Positions 9,944 through 17,864 of a DNA stretch of 64,000 nt are shown here, piece by piece. The DNA is from an uncultured Enterobacterales bacterium (GTDB taxonomy: Bacteria > Myxococcota_A > UBA796 > UBA2385), in assembly GCA_964599085.1 (NCBI GenBank), contig CAZRFD010000011.1:18530-82529 (forward strand). Direction: 5' to 3'. The stretch's first letter is position 1, and every line of letters starts with the position of its first letter. The notes below the pieces were generated by a model. It was not told the origin of the DNA. It was given only the letters and a program-made list of their open reading frames with translations, and did no database searches. Both the position numbers and the translations under genes were made by a program.

Positions 9944-11436
9944 TGTTCGATCCCGGGGAACTGAACTTCATCGGGCCGGAGATCGCGGTCTTCGTCTTCG
10001 CGCTGCTCGTGCTGGTGCACGACGTGATGTTCAAGCAGCGCAACGCCGGCATCTCGCTGGGCGTCAGCCTCATGGGCCTGGCGACGGCGGGGGTGCTGAA
10101 CCTGCTCAACATGCAGGCGGTGGACGCCCCGCGTGAAGCCTTCGCCGGCTCGCTCGCGGTGGACCAGTTCGGCTTCTTCCTCAACTTCATCGTGCTGCTC
10201 GCTGCCGCGGGCGCCCTGCTCATCAGCCACGACTTCCTCCGGCGCATCGACGTCGACGTGCCGGAGTTCAACCCCCTGGTCCTGTTCGTGGCCTTCGGCA
10301 TGATGCTGATGGGCTCGGCCAACGACCTGATCCTGCTGTTCATCTCGCTCGAGGTGATGAGCCTGGGCGTCTACGTGCTGTGCGGGGTCAACCGCGGTGA
10401 GCTGGCGTCGGCGGAAGCTGCACTGAAGTACTTCGTGATGGGGGCCTTTGCGTCCGGCTTCCTGCTGATGGGCATCGCCTTCGTGTACGGCGGCATCGGC
10501 ACCACCCGGATCTCGGCCGTCGCACAGTGGTTCGCTATCGAGGGCAACGGCATCGCCGGCAACCCGCTGCTCGGTGTCGGCGTTGCACTCTTGCTGACGG
10601 GCTTCGGCTTCAAGGTCGCCGCTGCGCCCTTCCACATGTGGACCCCCGACGTCTACCAGGGCGCTCCGACCCCGGTGACGGCCTTCATGGCGACGGGTGT
10701 GAAGGCCGCGGCCTTCGCCGCCCTGTCCCGGGTGCTGCTCGTCGCGCTGCTCGGCCAGAGCATGGAATTCCACACCGCGCTGTGGCTGATCGCGGCCGCC
10801 ACGATCCTGATGGGCAACGTGGGCGCGCTGATCCAGGACGACCTGAAGCGCATGCTCGCCTTCAGCTCCATCGGCCACGCCGGGTACCTGCTCATGGCCC
10901 TGGTCGGTGCTCCGGCCGGTGGTCTCGCCGCCAACCCGCGGCTGGGCGGGATCCTCTTCTACCTGCTGGCCTACACCGTGATGACGGTGGGCGCCTTCGC
11001 CGTGCTGTCCTTCTTCACGCGCGACGGGATCGAGGACACCCGCATCAGCCGGCTGGGCGGCCTCGCGGACCGGCACCCGCTCATCGCCATCGCGCTGAGC
11101 ATCTGCCTGCTGTCGCTGGCCGGCGTGCCGCCCACCATGGGCTTCGTCGGCAAGTTCTACCTGTTCGCCGCCGCCATCGAGGGCGGGGCCACCAGCATCG
11201 CGGTGGTCGGTGCCATCGGCGGCGCCATCGGCATCTACTACTACCTGCGCCCCATCGTGGTGATGTACATGCACCCCGTGCCGGACGACAAGGTCGAGCT
11301 GCAGCTCAACCCGGCCGCCCTGGGCGCGCTGGGCTTCGCCGCGGTCGCGGTGCTGGTCTTCGGGCTGGTGCCGGGCTCGCTCATCGACGCGGCGCGGGAC
11401 AGCCTGCTCAGCCTCGCCGCCTGGGGAGGCGTCTGA
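9940..11436 (+). CDS. nuoN: NADH-quinone oxidoreductase subunit N
   Basis: 498 aa. Motifs FKVAAAPFHMWTPDVYQGAPTPVTAFMATG, LAFSSIGHAGY. An alternative ATG lies at 9943 (TGATG overlap with nuoM). Confidence 0.95.
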   Translation: MMFDPGELNFIGPEIAVFVFALLVLVHDVMFKQRNAGISLGVSLMGLATAGVLNLLNMQAVDAPREAFAGSLAVDQFGFFLNFIVLLAAAGALLISHDFLRRIDVDVPEFNPLVLFVAFGMMLMGSANDLILLFISLEVMSLGVYVLCGVNRGELASAEAALKYFVMGAFASGFLLMGIAFVYGGIGTTRISAVAQWFAIEGNGIAGNPLLGVGVALLLTGFGFKVAAAPFHMWTPDVYQGAPTPVTAFMATGVKAAAFAALSRVLLVALLGQSMEFHTALWLIAAATILMGNVGALIQDDLKRMLAFSSIGHAGYLLMALVGAPAGGLAANPRLGGILFYLLAYTVMTVGAFAVLSFFTRDGIEDTRISRLGGLADRHPLIAIALSICLLSLAGVPPTMGFVGKFYLFAAAIEGGATSIAVVGAIGGAIGIYYYLRPIVVMYMHPVPDDKVELQLNPAALGALGFAAVAVLVFGLVPGSLIDAARDSLLSLAAWGGV

Positions 11437-11472
11437 CAGCCGCTGGCGGGCGCAGCTCGCCGCCCACTGACG

Positions 11473-11509
11473 CCCCCGCCTGGGTGGCCGGCAACGGCAC
11501 GGGCGGGGG
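11473..11509. terminator. possible bidirectional hairpin between convergent nuoN and a lipoprotein gene
   Basis: CCCCCGCC (11473-11480) pairs with GGCGGGGG (11502-11509) around a 21-nt loop. There is no U-tract. Confidence 0.25.
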
Positions 11510-11532
11510 GTGTCGCGTTCGGTGCCCGCGCC

Positions 11533-12105
11533 TCAGCGGACGATGAAGGTCGTCGTCGCGGTGCGGCCCTCGACCGAGAAGTGCGCGGTCAGCAGGTAGT
11601 CGCCGGGGGCGAGCTGACCCCAGTCCAGCGCCGTCTCGGCGACCTCGCCGCTGGCAAGCTCTGTCTGGCGGGTGCTCTCGTAGCAGTCGAGCTGCTGGTA
11701 GCCGCCCTCGCCCGACTCGACGTCTACGAGGTCGAAGCCGCGGACCAGGCAGGAGTCGGGTTCGTCGATCACGACGGGTTCGTCGCAGGGGTTGCTCACC
11801 GAGCCGACCGCGACCACGACGTCGTCGCTGTCGATCTGGTCGGCGTCGGGGTCGTCGCGTGAAGCACCCTCGCGGCGCACGCCGGCGTCCCAGCGCAGGT
11901 CGTCGAGGGTGCAGTCCGTCCCACCGCCGGGGCCGCCGCCGTCGTCTTCGAGGCCCACACTCCCAGCGTCGCCGCCGGTGTCCGTGGCGCTGCCGCTCGC
12001 TCCCGTGTCGCCGAGGTGCTGGCCACCGTGGGGCGGACGCAGATCGACGGCGCTGCCGCAGGCCAGCACGAGGGTCAGGGGAAGGAAGCGAAGGGTTCCG
12101 GTCAC
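11533..12105 (-). CDS. hypothetical lipoprotein
   Basis: Lies in ORF 11533..12282. The GTG at 12105 gives VTGTLRFLPLTLVLACGS (lipobox). An acidic Gly/Asp linker is followed by a Cys-containing beta-rich C-terminal domain. Confidence 0.6.
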   Translation of the reverse strand: MTGTLRFLPLTLVLACGSAVDLRPPHGGQHLGDTGASGSATDTGGDAGSVGLEDDGGGPGGGTDCTLDDLRWDAGVRREGASRDDPDADQIDSDDVVVAVGSVSNPCDEPVVIDEPDSCLVRGFDLVDVESGEGGYQQLDCYESTRQTELASGEVAETALDWGQLAPGDYLLTAHFSVEGRTATTTFIVR

Positions 12106-12353
12106 GCGATGATCTCCACCAGCAGCGCACCTGCGCGGAAGGTAGACGGCCGTCAGGGGGGTCGCCGGATGGAGTTGTCGCGAGATGTCACAATGCGGCA
12201 CGCACGGCGGGGCGCATGGCGTTGCTATGGGACAATGATCGGTTGATATTGGCGCAGTGAAGCAAGCAACTCGGACGACCATCGGCCCGCGCCGTGCCGA
12301 CCGTGTGCTGCAGGATAGCGCCGCCGTCGGCCACCTGCTCCCCCGGACGAACG

Positions 12354-12380
12354 GACCCCGCGACCAGGGGCCGCGGGGTC
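12354..12380 (-). terminator. stem-loop 31 nt downstream of the GYF/SH3 gene stop
   Basis: Perfect 9-bp stem GACCCCGCG (12354-12362) / CGCGGGGTC (12372-12380) with a 9-nt loop. No clear U-tract on either strand. Confidence 0.4.
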
Positions 12381-12411
12381 TGCGAGCGGGGGGCGGGCGC
12401 CGATGGGGGCG

Positions 12412-13416
12412 TCAGATCTGCTTGGGCACCGCGCGGACCTGCAGCATGTCGATGTTGGCTTCGACGAAGCCCTGCGTGGAGAGCTGCACTTCGATGCCGG
12501 GCGACCAGCGGAGCTGCAGGTCTTCATCGTCCTTTGCCAGCTCGGCGAAGCTGCTCTCCGTCATCAGGCGGGGTTCACCCTCGGGGTCGTCGTCGGCCGG
12601 CGCCAGCGTGCCCACCATGGTGTCGCCGTAGGCGACGACCGTGCCCTCCAGCGGGACTTCCTTCGTCTCCAGGACGTTGCCGTTCTTGTCCTTGATCGTC
12701 GCCAGCAGGATGATGTCGGTCATGTCGAACTTGCTCTTGTCCGCCAGCATGAGCTGGAACACCGTGATGTTGTCGCGGCGCTGGTCGGGGAGCTGCATCC
12801 AGCTTGCGTTCTTGACGAAGATGTAGCGGTCGGGGTTGTAGATCGGGTCGTAGTCCTGACGGGTCTCCTTGTCGGCGAAGAAGTACGCCGGAACCACCTC
12901 GTCGACCTTGACCCAGCCCTGCTTGCCGTCGTGCTCGATCTGGTACCACTCGCCCCGCTTGGCGATGAGCTGCACCTTGCTGTCCTTGGGCACGGAGCCG
13001 GCCGAGCTGCCGTCGGGCTGGGAGCGCAGCGGAGCCGGATCGGCCGTGACCAGCATCTCGGTGAGCTGGAGTCCACCCTCGCCGAACAGGTCGAGGTGCT
13101 GGGCTTCAGGTACCTTCTGGGCAAAGAAGAAGAAGCCATAGCCCGCGACCATCAACAGCACGGCCAGCACGCCGATGATGAGCGGCGTGCGGTTGGGGCG
13201 GGGGAGATCGTCGTCGTAGAAGTCGTGGGCGCCCCCGCCCTGCTGCAGCTCGGAGGCCAGCTCCGGCAGCTCGGAGGCGTACAGCCAGTCCGAGGCACCC
13301 GGCGGCTGGACCATGTCGCCTGCGCCGAGCTTGCCGTCACGAGCGAGCTGCTGGAGCTCGCCCAGATCCTGGACCGTGAACTGCCGGTCACCCTGCGTCA
13401 CCAGCCATCGCGCCAT
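12412..13416 (-). CDS. membrane protein with an N-terminal GYF_2 (DUF4339-like) domain, one TM helix and an SH3b-like domain
   Basis: 334 aa. WLVTQGDRQFTVQDLGELQQLARDGKLGAGDMVQPPGASDWLYASELPEL is GYF_2-like. TM helix PLIIGVLAVLLMVAGYGFFFF. VQLIAKRGEWYQIEHDGKQGWVKVDEV is SH3b-like. I do not recognise the C-terminal ~170 aa. Confidence 0.65.
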   Translation of the reverse strand: MARWLVTQGDRQFTVQDLGELQQLARDGKLGAGDMVQPPGASDWLYASELPELASELQQGGGAHDFYDDDLPRPNRTPLIIGVLAVLLMVAGYGFFFFAQKVPEAQHLDLFGEGGLQLTEMLVTADPAPLRSQPDGSSAGSVPKDSKVQLIAKRGEWYQIEHDGKQGWVKVDEVVPAYFFADKETRQDYDPIYNPDRYIFVKNASWMQLPDQRRDNITVFQLMLADKSKFDMTDIILLATIKDKNGNVLETKEVPLEGTVVAYGDTMVGTLAPADDDPEGEPRLMTESSFAELAKDDEDLQLRWSPGIEVQLSTQGFVEANIDMLQVRAVPKQI

Positions 13417-13624
13417 GAAGATCTCCCGCTGCTGAGCGCCGCGAGGCGCACAAGGGTGCTCTTGGAACCAACCGTGCTTACCGTGACCCTCTCCGGGGGG
13501 TCAAGGCGACCCGGTGGGGCTGCGCCTGCTTTGACCCAGGCTTTGCAGCGCCGGGACCCCGGGTCGCCGCTCTGGCGGTCACGGGGTGGACCCGCTGGTG
13601 TGCTGGGGATAGGCCCCGCAGGCC

Positions 13625-14062
13625 ATGCCGTTCCGTCCCCTCCGCCTGCTGATCCTGATCGACGACACCCGCGGCTACTGCGGGAAGATTGTGCCTCGCA
13701 TGAAGGAGATGCTCGAACAGCGGGCATTCCTCGTCGACGTGCACCGCATCGACGACGGTCCCATCGACATCGCTCCCTACGCGGGTCTGGTCATCGGCAC
13801 GCCGGTCTTCGGTGCCGGCGTCAAGGGTGTGGGCCCGACCCCGGCCCTGACGAAGTTCATCGAGGATCTCGAAGACCTCGACGAGAAGAAGGTCGCCCTG
13901 TTCTGCGTGTACGAGACGCGGCCGGGCACGACCTTCGACCGCATGAAGGGCCTGGTGCTGGAGTTGGGCGCCGAATTCGTGGCGGCGCACGGCTACTGGG
14001 TGATGCGGCCCCACGTCCAGGAGCACATCATCCCCGCGGAGTGCATGGTCCGCATCCGCTGA
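13625..14062 (+). CDS. flavodoxin-fold protein (Flavodoxin_5/HemG-like pattern, atypical P-loop)
   Basis: 145 aa. Alternating beta-alpha pattern LRLLILIDDTRGY...YAGLVIGTPVFG...KKVALFCVYE. It lacks the canonical T/S-x-T-G-x-T FMN loop. Confidence 0.45.
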   Translation: MPFRPLRLLILIDDTRGYCGKIVPRMKEMLEQRAFLVDVHRIDDGPIDIAPYAGLVIGTPVFGAGVKGVGPTPALTKFIEDLEDLDEKKVALFCVYETRPGTTFDRMKGLVLELGAEFVAAHGYWVMRPHVQEHIIPAECMVRIR

Positions 14063-14095
14063 GCGTCGCTCTCTCGGCCACAGCGGCAGGATGGT

Positions 14096-15811
14096 GTGCA
14101 GATGTCGGCAGCCACCTTCGCCCGCGAGTTGAGCGAGGCCGAGCAGCGGCTGCGCGGCTTCGGCTTGAGCGGCCGGGCGGCCTTCGCGGCGCTGTGTCGG
14201 CACCTCGCCGCGCGGCTGGGCCTGCCCGAGCACCTGTGGCTCGATGGTCCCGACGCGCCGCCGGAAGCCGGTCTCGACCGGCTGCCCCTGACCGGCGAGC
14301 TGGACCTGTTCGGCCTGGCCTACGAGCGCTTCTTCCCCGAGGTGTTCAAGGCCCGGCACGGGCAGTTCTTCACGCCGCGGCCGCTCGTCGAGCTCATGGC
14401 GGACCTGGTCGGCCTGCGCGCGGGGGAGCGGGTGCTCGACCCGACCTGCGGCTCGGGCAGCTTCCTGGTCGCGGCGCATGCCCGCGGCGCCGACGTCGAC
14501 GGCATCGAGGTGGATCCCGAGCTGGTGGGACTCTGCCGCCTCAACCTCAAGCTGCACGGCGCCGACCCGCGGGCGGTGCGCGGCGCCGACCTGTTCCGCG
14601 CTCCCGACCTGTTCAGCGGCGGCGTCTTTGATGAAGACGATCGCTGGGATGTCGTCCTCGCCAACCCGCCCTTCTCGGTCGAGCTCGGTGACGCCGTCGC
14701 GCTGGGCCGCGCGAGCCTCGGCCAGGGCAGGACCCAGGTGGGCAGCGACGAGCTGTTCCTGGAGGCGGCGCACAGAGCGCTCCGACCCGGGGGGCGGCTG
14801 TGCGCGCTGGTGCCCCAGACCATCGTCTCCAGCGCGCGGTCTGCGCGGGTGCGCGCCTGGCTCTCCGAGCGCTTCGTCCGCCTCGCCGTCGTCTCACTTC
14901 CCGAGGGGGTGTTCCGCCCCTTCGGCGGCACCGGCGCCCGCGCCTGCGTGCTCTGCCTGCAGCGCAAGCCGGCACGGCTGCGCCCCTGGGCCGCCGCCAC
15001 CGTCGACAACCCCGGGTACGACCCGACGCGCCGCAGCTTCCATCCCACGCAGCCCGACGAGCTGACCGAGCTGCGCCTGCGCTGGCGCGACGGCACCTGG
15101 CGGCGCTTCGACGCCGACGAGTCCGGCTGGGACCCCGACGTGCTGCTCGGCACCAGCGGGATCGCCGCCGGCGTCCCCACGGTGCGGCTGCTGGAGCTGG
15201 CAGACTACCGGCCACGCATCGTCCAGCCCGCCGAGGATCCGGACGAGCGCTGGACCGAGATCGATCTGGCCGATGTCGACAAGACCACCGGTGAGGTGAC
15301 CCGGGCGCGACGCCGGTCGGGGGCCGACTTCCGGGGCAACAAGGCGAGCTTCGACGAGGGGGACCTGCTGTTCGCGCGCATCCGGCCCGCACTCAACAAC
15401 GTGGCCATTGCGACGCGACCGCGGCGCGAGCTCGACGGAGCGCTGTGCGGGTCGGCGGAGTGGCTGCGGCTGGTGCCGCGGGCAGACGCGGGCTTCGTGC
15501 TCACCGCTGCGCGGGCCGCCTGCGTACGCCAGCAGCTCCAGGGTGCCGGTGGCCAGACCCGACCGCGCATCCGTGTCGGTGACCTCTCGCCGGTCCGCGT
15601 TCCCGACCCCGGACCGGACGCCCGCGGGCGCATCGACGCCCTCGTGCGCGGCGCCCACGCCCGACGCCTCGCTGCTCGCCTGCTCCTGGACCGCGTCGAT
15701 GCTGCCTATGCCGCCTTCGGCCGTGGAGAGCTCGACGAAGCCGCCCTCCTCGCCCTGCTCGACGAGATCGAGGCCGACAGCGGGCGGTCGCCGTCGGACG
15801 CCACCCCTTGA
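14096..15811 (+). CDS. N6-adenine DNA methyltransferase (HsdM-like, gamma class) fused to a single HsdS-type target-recognition domain
   Basis: 571 aa. FFTPRPLVELMADLV, motif I LDPTCGSGSFLV, motif IV VLANPPFS, VVSLPEGVFRPFGGTGARACVLCLQRK. The C-terminal ~200 aa resemble Methylase_S (GDLLFARIRPALNNVAIA ... GGQTRPRIRVGDLSPVRVPDP plus a trailing helix). A probable ATG lies at 14102. Confidence 0.8.
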   Translation: MQMSAATFARELSEAEQRLRGFGLSGRAAFAALCRHLAARLGLPEHLWLDGPDAPPEAGLDRLPLTGELDLFGLAYERFFPEVFKARHGQFFTPRPLVELMADLVGLRAGERVLDPTCGSGSFLVAAHARGADVDGIEVDPELVGLCRLNLKLHGADPRAVRGADLFRAPDLFSGGVFDEDDRWDVVLANPPFSVELGDAVALGRASLGQGRTQVGSDELFLEAAHRALRPGGRLCALVPQTIVSSARSARVRAWLSERFVRLAVVSLPEGVFRPFGGTGARACVLCLQRKPARLRPWAAATVDNPGYDPTRRSFHPTQPDELTELRLRWRDGTWRRFDADESGWDPDVLLGTSGIAAGVPTVRLLELADYRPRIVQPAEDPDERWTEIDLADVDKTTGEVTRARRRSGADFRGNKASFDEGDLLFARIRPALNNVAIATRPRRELDGALCGSAEWLRLVPRADAGFVLTAARAACVRQQLQGAGGQTRPRIRVGDLSPVRVPDPGPDARGRIDALVRGAHARRLAARLLLDRVDAAYAAFGRGELDEAALLALLDEIEADSGRSPSDATP

Positions 15812-15825
15812 TCAGCGCCGGTTGA

Positions 15826-16572
15826 TCAGGGCCAGGTCTGCGCCAGGCAGCGGGCCAGCGAGCGGGCGAGCTGGCGGGCGCGCCACGGCGTGCTGACCAG
15901 GGCCTGGTTCAGCTCCAGCTCGACATGGTCGACACCGTGTGCCCGGCCGTGGCGGTCCGCCGCGTAGATGAGCCCGTCGCGGCCGCTGTAGGGCTCGTTC
16001 AGCGCGACCCGGAGCCCCGTCGCGGCGATGTGACCGGCCAGAGCGCGTGCCTGGGCCTCGTCGCGGTCGAAGAGCACGCCGACGTCCATAGGGCGGACGT
16101 GGAGGTTCCAGATCGGCGTGAAGCTGTGGACCGACACCAGCGTCGTCGGCCCGGTGCGGCAGGCCAGGGCCAGCGAGTGATCGACTTCGGTGTGGTAGGC
16201 GTGGAAGTAGACGAGCAGGCGGCGGTGCACCTCGATGTCGGCGAGGTGCTGGTTGAAGGACAGCGGCGTCCCCTCGATCTCCTGGCGGACCAGGTCGGGG
16301 TGCTCCGGCGGGCGGTTGGCGTCGACGACCAGCCGCGAGAAGCGGGAGAGGACCGCCGCGCCGCCCAGGTCGCGGACGAGCTGGCGGGTCGCCGTGCGGG
16401 CGCCGATGTCGTAGCCCCAGTGGGTCTGCAGCCAGGCGCGGTCCGAGGCCGTGGTGCGCAGGGGGGCCGGCACGCGCGGGGAGGCGTGCTCGCAGGTGAA
16501 CAGCCACCGTCCCGGCGCGCCGATGCGCTCCCAGGCGTGGGTGCGGTACTCGTGCAGTGGCGATCGGTTCAT
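15826..16572 (-). CDS. N-formylglutamate amidohydrolase family protein
   Basis: Internal ATG at 16572 of composite ORF 15826..17715. FTCEHAS, SRLVVDANR, VSVHSFTP and NEPYSG are characteristic FGase motifs. The Arg-rich N-terminal extension of the ORF is rejected. Confidence 0.8.
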   Translation of the reverse strand: MNRSPLHEYRTHAWERIGAPGRWLFTCEHASPRVPAPLRTTASDRAWLQTHWGYDIGARTATRQLVRDLGGAAVLSRFSRLVVDANRPPEHPDLVRQEIEGTPLSFNQHLADIEVHRRLLVYFHAYHTEVDHSLALACRTGPTTLVSVHSFTPIWNLHVRPMDVGVLFDRDEAQARALAGHIAATGLRVALNEPYSGRDGLIYAADRHGRAHGVDHVELELNQALVSTPWRARQLARSLARCLAQTWP

Positions 16573-16671
16573 GCGGTGCCTGGCGGTCGCAGCTTCGGGG
16601 CATGACGCGGGCCGGGATGCTATCCCTGGACGGGCAGGACGACGGCCCATCGCGTCACAGGAGGGCTCCCC

Positions 16672-17634
16672 GTGTGGTGGATGTTGCTGATGTTGCTGGC
16701 CTGTGGCGAGCGCCCTGGCGACGATGCAGGCGTTGTCGCCCCGGCGGGGCCGGCGCCGGAGCTGGCTGCCGCCCACGAAACGCTGCGCACGGCGCTGGCC
16801 GGCGACGACCTGGACGCGATCTCGGCGGCGGCGCGCGCCGCGTCGGCCTTTCAGGGGCAGGACCGGACCCTCGACCGCGACCTCGGCGATGCGCTGTCCA
16901 ACCGGCTGCTCCATCCCGAGGCCGGGGCCGTTCTGCTCCGGAGCAGTGCGGATCCGGCGGACGAGCAGTGGCTGCGGGCGGCACGTGACGCCGCCTTGCG
17001 GCTGGGCGACCGGACCTGGCTGAGCGAGCTGGTGGCCGCGCCGGAGCCCGACGCCGACGACTGGTCGGGGTTGTCGCTGGACCACCCGGTCGTCGACCAG
17101 GTCATCGTCGCCGCCCGGACGGACGCCACCGTGGACACAGCGCTCCTCCACGAAGTGCTCGCCGACTGCACCCTGGTGGATGCCCGGCCGATGCTGGGTC
17201 GCCGGCAGGTCGACCTGCCCGCGCCGACCGCCCTGCGGCCGGTGCTCGAGCTGTTCGGGGCGACGCGGGTGGTCATCGCGCGCACCCAGCTCACCCAGCG
17301 GGGGGCGGGCCTCGGGGCGACGACCTGGCAGTGCGAGAGGGGCTGGCTCTCGGACCGGCTCGGCGACGATCTGCCGGATCCGCTGCCGCCCAAGGGCGCG
17401 CTGGTGGCGGCGACCGACGGGCGCGACAGCGCATGGCTGGAGCTGGAGAACACCCGGAGCGGGCCCTGGGCCAGCGTCGCCAGCGACGCCGAGGCCGCGG
17501 CGCGCTGGGTGCAGGCGGCGACCTTGCTGGACGAGCGCCTCGCCGCCGGAGACGCCCCCGCCGACGCACGCGCCCGGGTGCTGGCCCGCTTCGGCCCTGG
17601 GCTGCTGCCGTCGGGTGCGCGCGGCACGGAATAG
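16672..17634 (+). CDS. hypothetical lipoprotein (Ala/Asp/Leu-rich, helical)
   Basis: The GTG at 16672 is preceded by AGGAGGG. Signal MWWMLLMLLACGE. No motif recognised. Confidence 0.6.
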   Translation: MWWMLLMLLACGERPGDDAGVVAPAGPAPELAAAHETLRTALAGDDLDAISAAARAASAFQGQDRTLDRDLGDALSNRLLHPEAGAVLLRSSADPADEQWLRAARDAALRLGDRTWLSELVAAPEPDADDWSGLSLDHPVVDQVIVAARTDATVDTALLHEVLADCTLVDARPMLGRRQVDLPAPTALRPVLELFGATRVVIARTQLTQRGAGLGATTWQCERGWLSDRLGDDLPDPLPPKGALVAATDGRDSAWLELENTRSGPWASVASDAEAAARWVQAATLLDERLAAGDAPADARARVLARFGPGLLPSGARGTE

Positions 17635-17635
17635 A

Positions 17636-17813
17636 CCCTGATGTTGCAGCCGTCCCCCTACTGCGCGGCCATATCCATGTTCCCCGGCGGGCCCTGCCTT
17701 GTTCGCCCTCCTCACCGTAGGTCGACTACGCCTTCGTCAGTCGACCTGCGGCAGAACCCACCGGGGAGACCGCCTATGGCCGCTCGCTACGGGTTCCGTC
17801 TGCAACATCAGGG
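17636..17813. mobile_element. MITE-like non-autonomous element (178 bp) with 14-bp perfect terminal inverted repeats and a TAGA flanking duplication
   Basis: CCCTGATGTTGCAG (17636-17649) and CTGCAACATCAGGG (17800-17813) are exact reverse complements. TAGA occurs immediately outside both ends (17632-17635 and 17814-17817). An internal perfect 9-bp hairpin AGGTCGACT/AGTCGACCT lies at 17719-17747. No transposase is present in the window. Confidence 0.45.
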
Positions 17814-17864
17814 TAGATTGGTCTCGCGATCCCGCCGGCTCCGTGGTGATCGCCTGGAGCAGCC

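Noticed and set aside
12403-14631. 742-aa plus-strand ORF
   Set aside because: It spans the antisense of the GYF/SH3 gene and then reads off-frame through the flavodoxin-fold and MTase genes. It has no motifs and a shadow composition.
13625-16572. Methyltransferase neighbourhood considered as a restriction-modification or other defence island
   Set aside because: No nuclease, helicase, ATPase or mobile-element gene is adjacent. GC content and codon style match the surroundings. The flanking genes are metabolic or envelope-type. I therefore kept it only as an orphan MTase finding.
16573-17715. N-terminal 381 aa of composite ORF 15826..17715
   Set aside because: This part is Arg/Gly/Pro-rich and antisense to the plus-strand lipoprotein gene. 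The FGase domain begins at the internal ATG at 16572. I treated the extensions of ORFs 21432..23297, 30250..33030 and 32832..34361 the same way.
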